Origin: a virus | Reading direction: 5' to 3' (one strand) | IMG/VR virus record: IMGVR_UViG_3300024983_000001 | Span: 32,001 to 96,000 of that record | Length of the DNA stretch: 64,000 nucleotides | Shown: positions 26,749 through 35,048 of the stretch, one piece after another | Layout: every line of letters begins with the position of its first letter | Numbering within the stretch: position 1 is the first letter of the stretch | Notes under the pieces: generated by a model | Seen by the model: only the letters and a program-made list of their open reading frames with translations | Told to the model about the DNA's origin: nothing | Database searches by the model: none | Program-made: the position numbers and the translations under genes

Positions 26749-26910
26749 TCAATGCACCTTTTTTTCAACTGCGGCCGAAATGGCCGTCGCAATAATACCA
26801 AAGTTTCCATTTATACAATGTTGAGCAAGTTTTGTTAAATCTTCTGCAGTCAATTTTTCAAAAACTTTAACCAACTCTACGTTTGGTTCATTCTTTGTAA
26901 TATACGACAT
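26749..26910 (-). CDS. Hypothetical protein
   Basis: GGAG RBS before MSYITK. Confidence 0.6.
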   Translation of the reverse strand: MSYITKNEPNVELVKVFEKLTAEDLTKLAQHCINGNFGIIATAISAAVEKKVH

Positions 26911-26960
26911 AATGTAAACTCCAACAAGTGATATATTATATATCTGTACGATCAAAGAGG

Positions 26961-27179
26961 TTATTTACCCCTTTGGTTTTTATTTCTTTCGTCCCATTCT
27001 TTTGCTTCGATTGCATAATCAATAACAGCTTCTATATCATTGAGTGTGTCAACATCATTTTCGGAAAACTGAAAAAACAAAGGTTTCAGCTCCAAGAGTC
27101 CATCACCTTCCCAAAAGTCAACATGGACAACTTTAAGATATTTTATTAGAAATGCGTATCGTTCTTCAATTGTCTTCAT
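26961..27179 (-). CDS. Hypothetical protein
   Basis: MKTIEERY start coupled to the upstream stop. Confidence 0.6.
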   Translation of the reverse strand: MKTIEERYAFLIKYLKVVHVDFWEGDGLLELKPLFFQFSENDVDTLNDIEAVIDYAIEAKEWDERNKNQRGK

Positions 27180-27331
27180 TCTAACATACAAAATAAACAA
27201 ATTACAGCGCTCATAACGGTCGATAACCCAAGAGCAAGTTGTGTGTGGTGCAAATTGAGATCGCCCGCAACGCCTGTAGCAATACCGAGAGTGATTCCCA
27301 CCATAGCCCAAAAATTCCAAGTTTTTGTCAT
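27176..27331 (-). CDS. 51-aa two-TM protein (not in ORF track)
   Basis: GGAG RBS; MTKTWNFWAMVGITLGIATGVAG...VICLFCMLE. Confidence 0.6.
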   Translation of the reverse strand: MTKTWNFWAMVGITLGIATGVAGDLNLHHTQLALGLSTVMSAVICLFCMLE

Positions 27332-27520
27332 TTCTTTGCTCCAATGTCCTTAAAATAAGATGATGTAAACATTCAGCTTCAATTTCCTGCAGTTCTCATA
27401 CCCCAGCCCATAAATGAACTGTTGCGTTCTCAACATTTATCTCTCCGGAAACTCAAATCCCGATTGCCTACTATATCCAGGGTTTTTATGAACCAGTTAC
27501 GGATACTGTTTACATCAATC

Positions 27521-27596
27521 TGGTGCGCTCGGGGAGGATCGAACTCCCACCAAATCGGGTTTAGAAGCCGTTGCTCTACCATTGAGCTACGAGCGC
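27521..27596 (-). tRNA. tRNA with CUA anticodon (amber suppressor-type), encoded CCA
   Basis: GCGCTCG/CGAGCGC acceptor stem, GCTC/GAGC D stem, TT-CTA-AA loop on a CGG/CCG stem, GGGAG-TTCGATC-CTCCC T arm, ACCA end. Confidence 0.85.
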
Positions 27597-27601
27597 AAAA
27601 A

Positions 27602-27904
27602 TCATTTCCACAGTTTATACTTTTTAACTTGTGGAGGAAAAACGTGTCTTGGCATAAGCACAAGAGCAACTTCTTTATTATCTAACGAACTTTCAGTAAT
27701 TACAACACATCGTTCTATTTGTTTCGATTCTTCGAATTCTTCGCGGGTTACTTGTACTACCACTTTCTTAAAAGATTTTGTTACCCACTCAATAGTGTCT
27801 GGATCGTTTACAAACCGCAAATAAGCAGACAGGCTGGCGTGTGCAGTAACCAACGGCACGATTCCAGTTGGCACGTCATCGGGAATAAGAATATACATTT
27901 TCAT
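27602..27904 (-). CDS. Second peptidyl-tRNA hydrolase 2-like protein
   Basis: KMYILI..D.P.G.....AHASL, W...SFKKVVV, ALVL.PR. Confidence 0.8.
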   Translation of the reverse strand: MKMYILIPDDVPTGIVPLVTAHASLSAYLRFVNDPDTIEWVTKSFKKVVVQVTREEFEESKQIERCVVITESSLDNKEVALVLMPRHVFPPQVKKYKLWK

Positions 27905-27910
27905 GGTACT

Positions 27911-28165
27911 TTACCGTATTTTTCCGTTATGAAAATTTACTAAAAACTCTGCTTCTAATGCATATACAAAAAACTGTTGGTGGTTCACCAAATCAACCCC
28001 ACCATTATTGCTTGTTCGTTGTATAGACTGCACCAAACACGGATAACTCACCGGAGGGTTACCAACTATATTATGGCACTCACCTCTGCTCTTTGTAACA
28101 ACCAAATGTGTTTGGTAATGTTCCCAATCTTCAGTTCCCCGCAATAATTTCCATGGTGAATACAT
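27911..28165 (-). CDS. Hypothetical protein
   Basis: First ORF after the early promoter. Confidence 0.55.
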   Translation of the reverse strand: MYSPWKLLRGTEDWEHYQTHLVVTKSRGECHNIVGNPPVSYPCLVQSIQRTSNNGGVDLVNHQQFFVYALEAEFLVNFHNGKIR

Positions 28166-28192
28166 TGTTTAGTCTTTCTTTGATTATGAATA

Positions 28193-28221
28193 ATTATATA
28201 TCAAAAAGAAAAACCGGTCAA
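28193..28221 (-). promoter_or_regulatory. Sigma70-type promoter driving the Pth2/tRNA cluster
   Basis: TTGACC-17-TATAAT. Confidence 0.8.
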
Positions 28222-28253
28222 CGACCGGTTTTATATTACTTATTAGACAGGAG

Positions 28254-28415
28254 TTATTCCTGGTCTGTACGATACTTTTTCTTTTTTGTACGAACGTAGT
28301 CCCGGTGATAAACCTTCTGTGCGAGTGTCTTTGCAACCTTAGGAGCGCCTTCCTTTTTCTTTTCTTCCTCTTCTTTTAAGAGGTTATCCATTTCTTGTAA
28401 CAGCTTGAATTCCAT
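28254..28415 (-). CDS. Small charged late protein
   Basis: AAGGAG RBS before MEFKLLQEM. Confidence 0.65.
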   Translation of the reverse strand: MEFKLLQEMDNLLKEEEEKKKEGAPKVAKTLAQKVYHRDYVRTKKKKYRTDQE

Positions 28416-28426
28416 TTGTATACTCC

Positions 28427-29095
28427 TTATGAACACTTAGCTGCATCAACCGATACAACTTTTCCCTTTGATGATCCATCAACGATGCGAGTGGTATAAA
28501 ACTTCTTACCAGCATCATTTTTACCTATACGAGCGATCTTGCCTTCAACCTTCTCGCCATCGTGATCAAATTTCACAAAATCCCCAACACCAGGATTATC
28601 AGCAGCTTCATTAATTAAAAACTCCATGAAAGTGGATGCTTTCAGTGCCTTCAGTTTCTTTTGAACCTTAGCTTCTTGGACAAGAATAACAGCTTTTGCA
28701 ACCTTATCTCTTGCTGACTCATTTGTGTTGTGATATGCCTTGTATCCATCCATAAATTCTGCACTAGCTTCTTTATCACCAGCATATGGATTGTTGGATA
28801 ACGAAAATGGTCCTGATTTTGGACTATGAAATGTATCCCCTTTAGCCTTACTATCTGCCTCTAACCTAGCAGACGACATCCCCGCCTTCCAATAAGTGGA
28901 GCGAACTGGTTTATTCTTATTTGGGGTGGGTGCACCCTCCCCCATCATTTTTTTGAAAATTCCAGTCACATAAGCAAAATCTTCTTCGTGCCCTTCCTTA
29001 GCAGCAGATTTTTTAGCAGCACTCCAGTGTTTCTCAGCGGCGGCTACTGTCATTTTGTGCTTTTTAGCTAATTTTTCAACATATGCTTGTGGCAT
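28427..29095 (-). CDS. Basic modular internal head protein
   Basis: MP.AYVEKLAKKH..AE..W..AKK module, internal TFMEFLINE, C-terminal SH3-like segment; CATAAATA at 29125-29132. Confidence 0.65.
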   Translation of the reverse strand: MPQAYVEKLAKKHKMTVAAAEKHWSAAKKSAAKEGHEEDFAYVTGIFKKMMGEGAPTPNKNKPVRSTYWKAGMSSARLEADSKAKGDTFHSPKSGPFSLSNNPYAGDKEASAEFMDGYKAYHNTNESARDKVAKAVILVQEAKVQKKLKALKASTFMEFLINEAADNPGVGDFVKFDHDGEKVEGKIARIGKNDAGKKFYTTRIVDGSSKGKVVSVDAAKCS

Positions 29096-29133
29096 TCTAT
29101 TTCTCCTAACAACAAGTTTAAAAGTATTTATGG

Positions 29134-29550
29134 TTAAACCACAATAACAATATCATTTTGCGCCGTTTTAAAGTTGGCTTTATTCATTATGGTCTTAACA
29201 ACAAATTTAAACTTATTTCTTCCAATCGGTTCTATAACACATGGTATATTAATGACACCACCATCCATTGTGTGTTTAATAGTAATCTGTACTGGAGTTC
29301 CTTGAGCAGCTTGTGTAAACGCATCCACCACGGCAGGGTGTTTATTATCGAAGGCTTTTAAAAATAACTGGAGGGTTTCCATAACATGCGCTTCTTCTAC
29401 AGAATCACCTCTACCAACTTCGGTGGCACGGTCAAAAGAGTGAGTGGGTAGCAATAGGGATAACCCCCTACGGGCAAAATTACTAGAGTGAACCATCTTC
29501 ACGGTAGTAAATGATTGAGCAGCCATTTCAATTATATCGCGTATTTTCAT
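29134..29550 (-). CDS. Protein with MKIRDIIE tag, possible RelE-like/BECR RNase fold
   Basis: THSFDR helix and terminal VVKTIM.K.NF strand; fold call is tentative. Confidence 0.5.
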   Translation of the reverse strand: MKIRDIIEMAAQSFTTVKMVHSSNFARRGLSLLLPTHSFDRATEVGRGDSVEEAHVMETLQLFLKAFDNKHPAVVDAFTQAAQGTPVQITIKHTMDGGVINIPCVIEPIGRNKFKFVVKTIMNKANFKTAQNDIVIVV

Positions 29551-29561
29551 TATGGATCCTA

Positions 29562-30440
29562 TTACAAGACTGGCACTCTCATCTGATGTGCGACAGTTTT
29601 AGTTTTTTCATTTGTTCTGTCAAATATAACACGTTGGACCGCTGGTGGGAATCTATCCTTAATCAATTGGATGATCTGTTCCGCTGTTTCAACATCTTCT
29701 ATATTTATACCACCACCAAACATTACTTCCAATGCTTCTTGAGGATCATCGATTACGATCGAATCACCAACAAAATCCAAATCTGGATGTGCCCTTTTGA
29801 TATCATCTGGAGTCACGGATTTCATGGTGGATAGATAACCATCCCCACGAACCTTTTTTGGTCGCATTTGAAAGATTCTCTTGAGACCTAAGTTCATATC
29901 CATTGAACGACCCACGCGAACGATTAGGTCACCCGTCTTATCATCATAAACGAATTTATCAACACCTTTTTGATCCAAAACAGAAGCAACAGCCTGTAAC
30001 AACATTCTGCGAATTGCCCCTTTGTAAATACTCTTATCTCCTGCTGATGCATATGCAAATTGTGCCCATTTAGTATTGGGCACATACATGAAGTCTACCT
30101 GTACTAAGCCGTTATTTGGATCTCCAGCAATCGGGACCGCATAAGAACCCACCTTTGTTCCTGGATTGTATGCGGTGTAGTCATCACCCAATACACCAAC
30201 CATTTTTTCGTGTATATCTTGTGGGTTATGAGTAGTAATGTTGACTGCGATATCAATATCACCACTTGTTGCTGTTTTTCCAGTTGACCCCAATGGAAAC
30301 ATATCAGCAACAGAAATCCCTGAAATTTTACTCACATATTGTAGAGTGGAAGGAATGTCGCCCCTATTGATGCGAATAACGCCTGCATTTTTTAGTGCAT
30401 ACCCACCTTCTTTGATAAGCTTGATTTCACGAATCTTCAT
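29562..30440 (-). CDS. Pol-beta-superfamily nucleotidyltransferase with MKIREI tag
   Basis: LGSTGK...SGDIDIAV and VQVDFM catalytic motifs. Confidence 0.8.
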   Translation of the reverse strand: MKIREIKLIKEGGYALKNAGVIRINRGDIPSTLQYVSKISGISVADMFPLGSTGKTATSGDIDIAVNITTHNPQDIHEKMVGVLGDDYTAYNPGTKVGSYAVPIAGDPNNGLVQVDFMYVPNTKWAQFAYASAGDKSIYKGAIRRMLLQAVASVLDQKGVDKFVYDDKTGDLIVRVGRSMDMNLGLKRIFQMRPKKVRGDGYLSTMKSVTPDDIKRAHPDLDFVGDSIVIDDPQEALEVMFGGGINIEDVETAEQIIQLIKDRFPPAVQRVIFDRTNEKTKTVAHQMRVPVL

Positions 30441-30448
30441 ATAAAAAA

Positions 30449-30619
30449 TTATTCATCCGCCAATGTTTCCAACTCGTCTCTCAATTCTCTTGCAAGCTCG
30501 ATTGCGTTTTCAAATATATCAATATCCAAATCAAGGCCAGCGCCGTCGCTCATCTCGGCAATCATGTTATTAATGCGATCGACCAAATCAATGACAAAAT
30601 CCGTTTTGCTTTCAAACAT
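30449..30619 (-). CDS. 56-aa acidic protein (not in ORF track)
   Basis: AGGAG RBS; MFESKTDFVIDL... Confidence 0.6.
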   Translation of the reverse strand: MFESKTDFVIDLVDRINNMIAEMSDGAGLDLDIDIFENAIELARELRDELETLADE

Positions 30620-30714
30620 ACTACTATCTCCTGTGGATGGGTTTCGTAGTATTTAGAAATATAATGCGTTTTTACAAAGATTTTACGACAATATGTGGTC
30701 GTTGAGTACTAATT

Positions 30715-30909
30715 TTAGCCGAACAAAATATCCTGTCCCGATTCGGTTTTTTCAAGAATGTTATTAGGAACTCCAGGGGTTTGAGGAATCTGGCCCATGG
30801 CAATAGCCATTTCAACGAGATTTCTCGAAGGATATGGTCCAAAAGTACCGTTAGCATTTTTTACATAAAATACCGTTTTCGTTGGGTTATCGTTAGTAAG
30901 CATAAACAT
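30715..30909 (-). CDS. Hypothetical protein
   Basis: GGAG RBS; FGPYPSR motif. Confidence 0.6.
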   Translation of the reverse strand: MFMLTNDNPTKTVFYVKNANGTFGPYPSRNLVEMAIAMGQIPQTPGVPNNILEKTESGQDILFG

Positions 30910-31333
30910 CTCCAGTTGAAATTAGTCTTGGCTCGAGCCATTCTTTCAAGTGAGGCTCGTATTGTTCTACATAGTTATCAGGCATGTCAAGAAAATAATT
31001 ATACAACCGAATGCCGACACAACGACGATTGTTTAAAATATCACCTATCGTTACAAATATAAAGCGTTGGCCGTTTGGCACAACATACAATTCTGTGGTC
31101 GACATCAGATTGTGTTTAATATGTTCTTCTACCAAAACATCGCTGAAAATACGCATTAGTTGTTTGGCCCATGTATCAGTATGAGTCACAATCATGGTTT
31201 CAGCATAAGCGTTACCAACTTGAGCAATGCCCAAAAGTTGTGTTAACATAGCAGTGGTTTTCCCCACTCCCCTTCCTACCAGTTTTCCTTCTATAACAGC
31301 GTGTAGTCTTTCAGTATCAAGTGTATCAATCAT
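30893..31333 (-). CDS. Short P-loop protein (terminase/helicase-ATPase-like)
   Basis: GRGVGKTT Walker A. Confidence 0.6.
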   Translation of the reverse strand: MIDTLDTERLHAVIEGKLVGRGVGKTTAMLTQLLGIAQVGNAYAETMIVTHTDTWAKQLMRIFSDVLVEEHIKHNLMSTTELYVVPNGQRFIFVTIGDILNNRRCVGIRLYNYFLDMPDNYVEQYEPHLKEWLEPRLISTGDVYAY

Positions 31334-31379
31334 TATAAATCCTTTTTGTAATATTTACTGTAACTTTTTGGGGGGATTC

Positions 31380-31847
31380 CTATTGTTCACACACAAACAC
31401 TGCTGTACCATATTGTTTCGACAACGTTTTCATAACAGGTTCAACTTCAGTTGACCATGACAGGCCACCCAAACCGCACCCAATTTTTGGCATATAAAAT
31501 GGTAAACCTAATGCATCCGCCAGGTCAAGTGCATTGTGAACGGACTCCTCAACAGCTTCAAGTTTTGCAAATTTGGCACCGGTTCTTCCATAATACTCTT
31601 GGGTAAAACAATTTGCAATTATTAATTCTGAATTAATAGTAGCAAAATCAACAATACCCAACAAGTATCCCGCATTATTTTTTCGTTTATATATTTCACA
31701 CAGCTCGTGATATTTTGTAAAAATAGACGGATGTTTATCACGAAGACATTTTGCTACGCCGGAACCCATTACACCTTGACAATTTACACCATGTGCCACA
31801 ACTCCACGAGTAACAGTAGCAATGTCCTTTTTAATATATGTTAACAT
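31380..31847 (-). CDS. Macrodomain ADP-ribose hydrolase (Poa1p/DarG-like)
   Basis: AHGVNCQGVMGSGVA, IANCFTQ, MPKIGCGLGGLSW. Confidence 0.92.
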   Translation of the reverse strand: MLTYIKKDIATVTRGVVAHGVNCQGVMGSGVAKCLRDKHPSIFTKYHELCEIYKRKNNAGYLLGIVDFATINSELIIANCFTQEYYGRTGAKFAKLEAVEESVHNALDLADALGLPFYMPKIGCGLGGLSWSTEVEPVMKTLSKQYGTAVFVCEQ

Positions 31848-32129
31848 TCAAACGCTTCCATTTTCAAATTCTTTTTGGTTTTCGTATGGTGCTACATATT
31901 TGCGGTAGTATTCTTGTTTGCAGGATTCCAACATTCCCATTACTTCATTATATCCATGATAATTTTGTTTTGAGTCGGGATACACAGACAAAATTAGTTT
32001 AGTAATGGCATAATTCATCAATCCCGCACGTTCACTTACACCAAGTTCATACATCTCATTGATTCCACCTGCAAGCAATCCAATTTCATTATCAATGTTA
32101 TCTCTATATTCTACTTTAATGTATGGCAT
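31848..32129 (-). CDS. Conserved phage hypothetical protein
   Basis: MPYI, G.MNY.IT, G.LE.CK.E.YR...APYE..K..ENG.V. Confidence 0.75.
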   Translation of the reverse strand: MPYIKVEYRDNIDNEIGLLAGGINEMYELGVSERAGLMNYAITKLILSVYPDSKQNYHGYNEVMGMLESCKQEYYRKYVAPYENQKEFENGSV

Positions 32130-32140
32130 AATTCTTCTCC

Positions 32141-32455
32141 TCAATAATGTGCGTTAATTACAAATACTTCTTCTTCAGGATGTTTATATGCACTAAATGC
32201 CGCTATATAATCAGACATATCTCTCATATATAACACCCCATCGATTATTTCTGTGTTGGCTTGCTCTTCTGTTGTTAATTCATTTTCATAACCAGCAGGT
32301 ACGTGGTGTCTTTCCCACAACAAAACTTTTGGTGACCACCCATGTTTTTGAAAATAAACATCTTCAATTCGTTGATATAACACAGGCATATCATCGGGTA
32401 GGTTTTCCATGGCCTTTTTTAGCCCGCCCACAGTTAAACAAAATGAATCTATCAC
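32141..32455 (-). CDS. Hypothetical protein
   Basis: LTVG.L....LPDDM.V motif. Confidence 0.7.
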   Translation of the reverse strand: MIDSFCLTVGGLKKAMENLPDDMPVLYQRIEDVYFQKHGWSPKVLLWERHHVPAGYENELTTEEQANTEIIDGVLYMRDMSDYIAAFSAYKHPEEEVFVINAHY

Positions 32456-33186
32456 GTTTTATTTTCCTTTATTTCGTTGTCGCGTTCTGTTTCAAGATGT
32501 GAAACAAAAAAGTCGTATCTGTCCACATGATCTTCGTGTGTTTCTTTGACTAAATCAACACATCCCTTACAATACAAGGGAGAAACCTTTGACACATAAT
32601 GTGTTTTATTTTTCTTGAATGGATTACCACACAATGAGCACAAATAGTGGTCACCTATGTGTCTATTACCAAACACATCACGCCGCAGTAATTGTGGTGG
32701 TAGCCTATCAAGATATTCGTACAACTCGTCAAAGGTGTCGAAAATTTTTGTGCTTAATCCAAAAAGCCACCCACTAATTTTTTCCGTTTTTGGTAATGAA
32801 TTAACCACAAAAACAGGAATATCATGGTTGTAAGCATATTGACATTCACTAATAGTACCAGCACCTTTTCTTACACCTTCATCGAGTAATACCACTAACG
32901 CATCACTATCATTAAGAATTAATTGCAAATCAGTATAAATGAAATGCTTTCTAATGTGCATTTTACGCTGCAGTGGGTCAGTCGTATCAATTTCACGAAA
33001 GATGTTGCCATGTTTGGAAGAATAGGCAACATCCAGTGCTGTAATATCGAGTGGATAATAACCCATCTCCTTCAACTTATTGGAGCATTCGCTTCGCCAC
33101 GTCCCACCAAGTTTTCCATCTGGTGCAAACTCCATTGACCCCGAAAGGTACAAATTACCACGTTTATATTTTGGGTGGTTAATCAT
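32452..33186 (-). CDS. Nucleoside 2-deoxyribosyltransferase-like protein with C-terminal Zn ribbon
   Basis: LYLSGSME, WR, DL..I...SDALVV, GT.SE...AY, CSLC/CKGC. Confidence 0.75.
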   Translation of the reverse strand: MINHPKYKRGNLYLSGSMEFAPDGKLGGTWRSECSNKLKEMGYYPLDITALDVAYSSKHGNIFREIDTTDPLQRKMHIRKHFIYTDLQLILNDSDALVVLLDEGVRKGAGTISECQYAYNHDIPVFVVNSLPKTEKISGWLFGLSTKIFDTFDELYEYLDRLPPQLLRRDVFGNRHIGDHYLCSLCGNPFKKNKTHYVSKVSPLYCKGCVDLVKETHEDHVDRYDFFVSHLETERDNEIKENKT

Positions 33187-33542
33187 AGTTTTGCAATATC
33201 TCCAGTAAGTAATTCAATTTCAGCTTTATGTTTAGCAATTTGCTCTTGCAGCGAATATCTAACACGTTCCTTAGCTAAAATAACCTCAGCTTGGTGTTTG
33301 AGTTCATCGATTGATAATAGTGGTGAGTCTATAAAAATGCGTTTGACGTTATCACTTACAATAATGAGAGGTCCTTCTCTCCACCGATTTTTTATTTCCT
33401 GACCCGTTGCAAGATTTACAATAAAGTTGGCGGAATATCCTATCCGTAACGGCAAAACCTGGAAGGGTTCTCGCTCATGTTTGTTGTCATACCCCACACG
33501 AAACACATCTCCCGTAAAATAGATTATACCAAGTTCCGTCAT
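33183..33542 (-). CDS. Hypothetical protein
   Basis: ATGA coupling. Confidence 0.65.
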   Translation of the reverse strand: MTELGIIYFTGDVFRVGYDNKHEREPFQVLPLRIGYSANFIVNLATGQEIKNRWREGPLIIVSDNVKRIFIDSPLLSIDELKHQAEVILAKERVRYSLQEQIAKHKAEIELLTGDIAKL

Positions 33543-33991
33543 TTAAACTTCTCTCTCATTTCGGTCCGAACTCGCATTAAAATTAATCCGAGATTGTTTT
33601 GACCAACGCCGTCGCACACTCCCCACACCACATCACCCCAATTATTGCCCTCTTCGAGGTGGCAATCACCAGTAGCAATCAGTTTTTCGCGTAGATGAGG
33701 ATTTTGGTTGAATTTTTGATACACGATTTCGTACATGGTAGCAATCTTAATATCCGCAAATCCCTCACGAAGAGTTAAAGTTTTGCCCAACCGTTTGGTG
33801 TCGCTTGGATTTTTAATCTTTGAAATAGCAATCCGCCCTTCACGGTCATCAATTTTTGCTGCTTGATATGCGTGCTCTGAAGAGGGCCATAGTATTCCAT
33901 CCCACACAAACTCTGCTGGATAAAAATTTGATAAGTATCGATACTCGCCAAAAAATGTTAAAATAGGTTCATTATTCATAATATTCTTCAA
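33539..33991 (-). CDS. NADAR (YbiA) family protein
   Basis: LSNFY, SEHAYQAAK, KFNQN, L..TG, EGNNWGD..WG, GQNNLG.ILM.VR. Confidence 0.93.
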   Translation of the reverse strand: MKNIMNNEPILTFFGEYRYLSNFYPAEFVWDGILWPSSEHAYQAAKIDDREGRIAISKIKNPSDTKRLGKTLTLREGFADIKIATMYEIVYQKFNQNPHLREKLIATGDCHLEEGNNWGDVVWGVCDGVGQNNLGLILMRVRTEMREKFK

Positions 33992-34227
33992 TAGATATTG
34001 TCACATGATGTTTCATCTTCAACAACATAAAAAGTTATTACCTTTACGTCATTATAACACCCACCCCGCTTTGCAATCGACTTCGCAAGGCTCAAAGCTA
34101 CTCCGTGTTTTGAGTATAGATAAGCTGATTGAAATTTTTCTGTATGACCACCATTGGCCGATAACCACATGTGTTGTCCATCATATACTGTATATCTAAC
34201 AGCCCAACGCTTAAATTTGTTTTCCAT
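33988..34227 (-). CDS. Hypothetical protein
   Basis: Tight packing. Confidence 0.6.
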   Translation of the reverse strand: MENKFKRWAVRYTVYDGQHMWLSANGGHTEKFQSAYLYSKHGVALSLAKSIAKRGGCYNDVKVITFYVVEDETSCDNIY

Positions 34228-34230
34228 ATA

Positions 34231-34458
34231 TTATTTCCACCTCGGAAAGTTGCACTGCATCAAAAGTGGACGAGGAGGCTCATTTTGTTTCATCCTGATG
34301 ATTGTGTCGGTTAATGTTTTATTTTCCTTAACAAAATGATCAACAGCAAGCATCATTGCTTCTTCCCACGTAAGAAACCCGTGCCTTGCTTGATACACAC
34401 ACATACTCAAGGCACTATTATCGTGGGACAAGTTAATTATCTGTTCTCTTGTGACCAT
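34231..34458 (-). CDS. Hypothetical protein
   Basis: AAGGAG RBS. Confidence 0.65.
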   Translation of the reverse strand: MVTREQIINLSHDNSALSMCVYQARHGFLTWEEAMMLAVDHFVKENKTLTDTIIRMKQNEPPRPLLMQCNFPRWK

Positions 34459-35045
34459 AGCTTCTTATCTCCTTCACAAAAATATCCTTTGCTGCGATGC
34501 AACGCTTCCAGCTGTACAAATTCCCACGACATGTTTGAACGAGCACGAGCCTCAAACTCACGGCGAAAATGTTCTGTATGAAAAATATAGTCTCTGTTAC
34601 AAAATGAAACTATCCAATTCATTCTACCTTCTAACCACTCTTGTTCAGTTAGGTGTGCAAACTCAGCACGAACATTATCTGTGTTCTGTTTGAATTCTTC
34701 CCACGCCGACCCCAATCCCATCAAATCAAGGTCTAATACCACTTTCGATTCGTCCAAAGACGAAATGTGTGTTTTCGTATCAAGAATGATTTGTCGAGCG
34801 ACGTGCATATCGAGACGGTTGTTATGCTCCAACCATTCCATCATTTTGTTTGCACTATCCTCTTCGTTGGTTTTCGATTGGGGATTATATACAAAATCAT
34901 GCCACCAAATAGCAGTTACTTGTGCATTTGATAAAGTAATACCTTCTTTTGTGGCATATTTAAACATGCTGGTAATGTGATCTAATGTGTGGTAATACCG
35001 ATGGGATTCAGTATAAGCATTTGTTAATTGTACAATATCAAACAT
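34437..35045 (-). CDS. HD-domain metal-dependent hydrolase
   Basis: RYYHTLDHI, AIWWHD.VY, NEEDSA, TKTH, LDLDL..LG, VRAEF, ARSN. Confidence 0.85.
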   Translation of the reverse strand: MFDIVQLTNAYTESHRYYHTLDHITSMFKYATKEGITLSNAQVTAIWWHDFVYNPQSKTNEEDSANKMMEWLEHNNRLDMHVARQIILDTKTHISSLDESKVVLDLDLMGLGSAWEEFKQNTDNVRAEFAHLTEQEWLEGRMNWIVSFCNRDYIFHTEHFRREFEARARSNMSWEFVQLEALHRSKGYFCEGDKKLWSQENR

Positions 35046-35048
35046 AAA

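Noticed and set aside
27521-27596. tRNA-Arg(TCT) call
   Set aside because: Centring TCT destroys the anticodon stem, whereas centring CTA keeps CGG/CCG with T33 and A37. A20 is also absent.
30893-31333. Large terminase
   Set aside because: Only 146 aa, with a Walker A motif and no nuclease domain.
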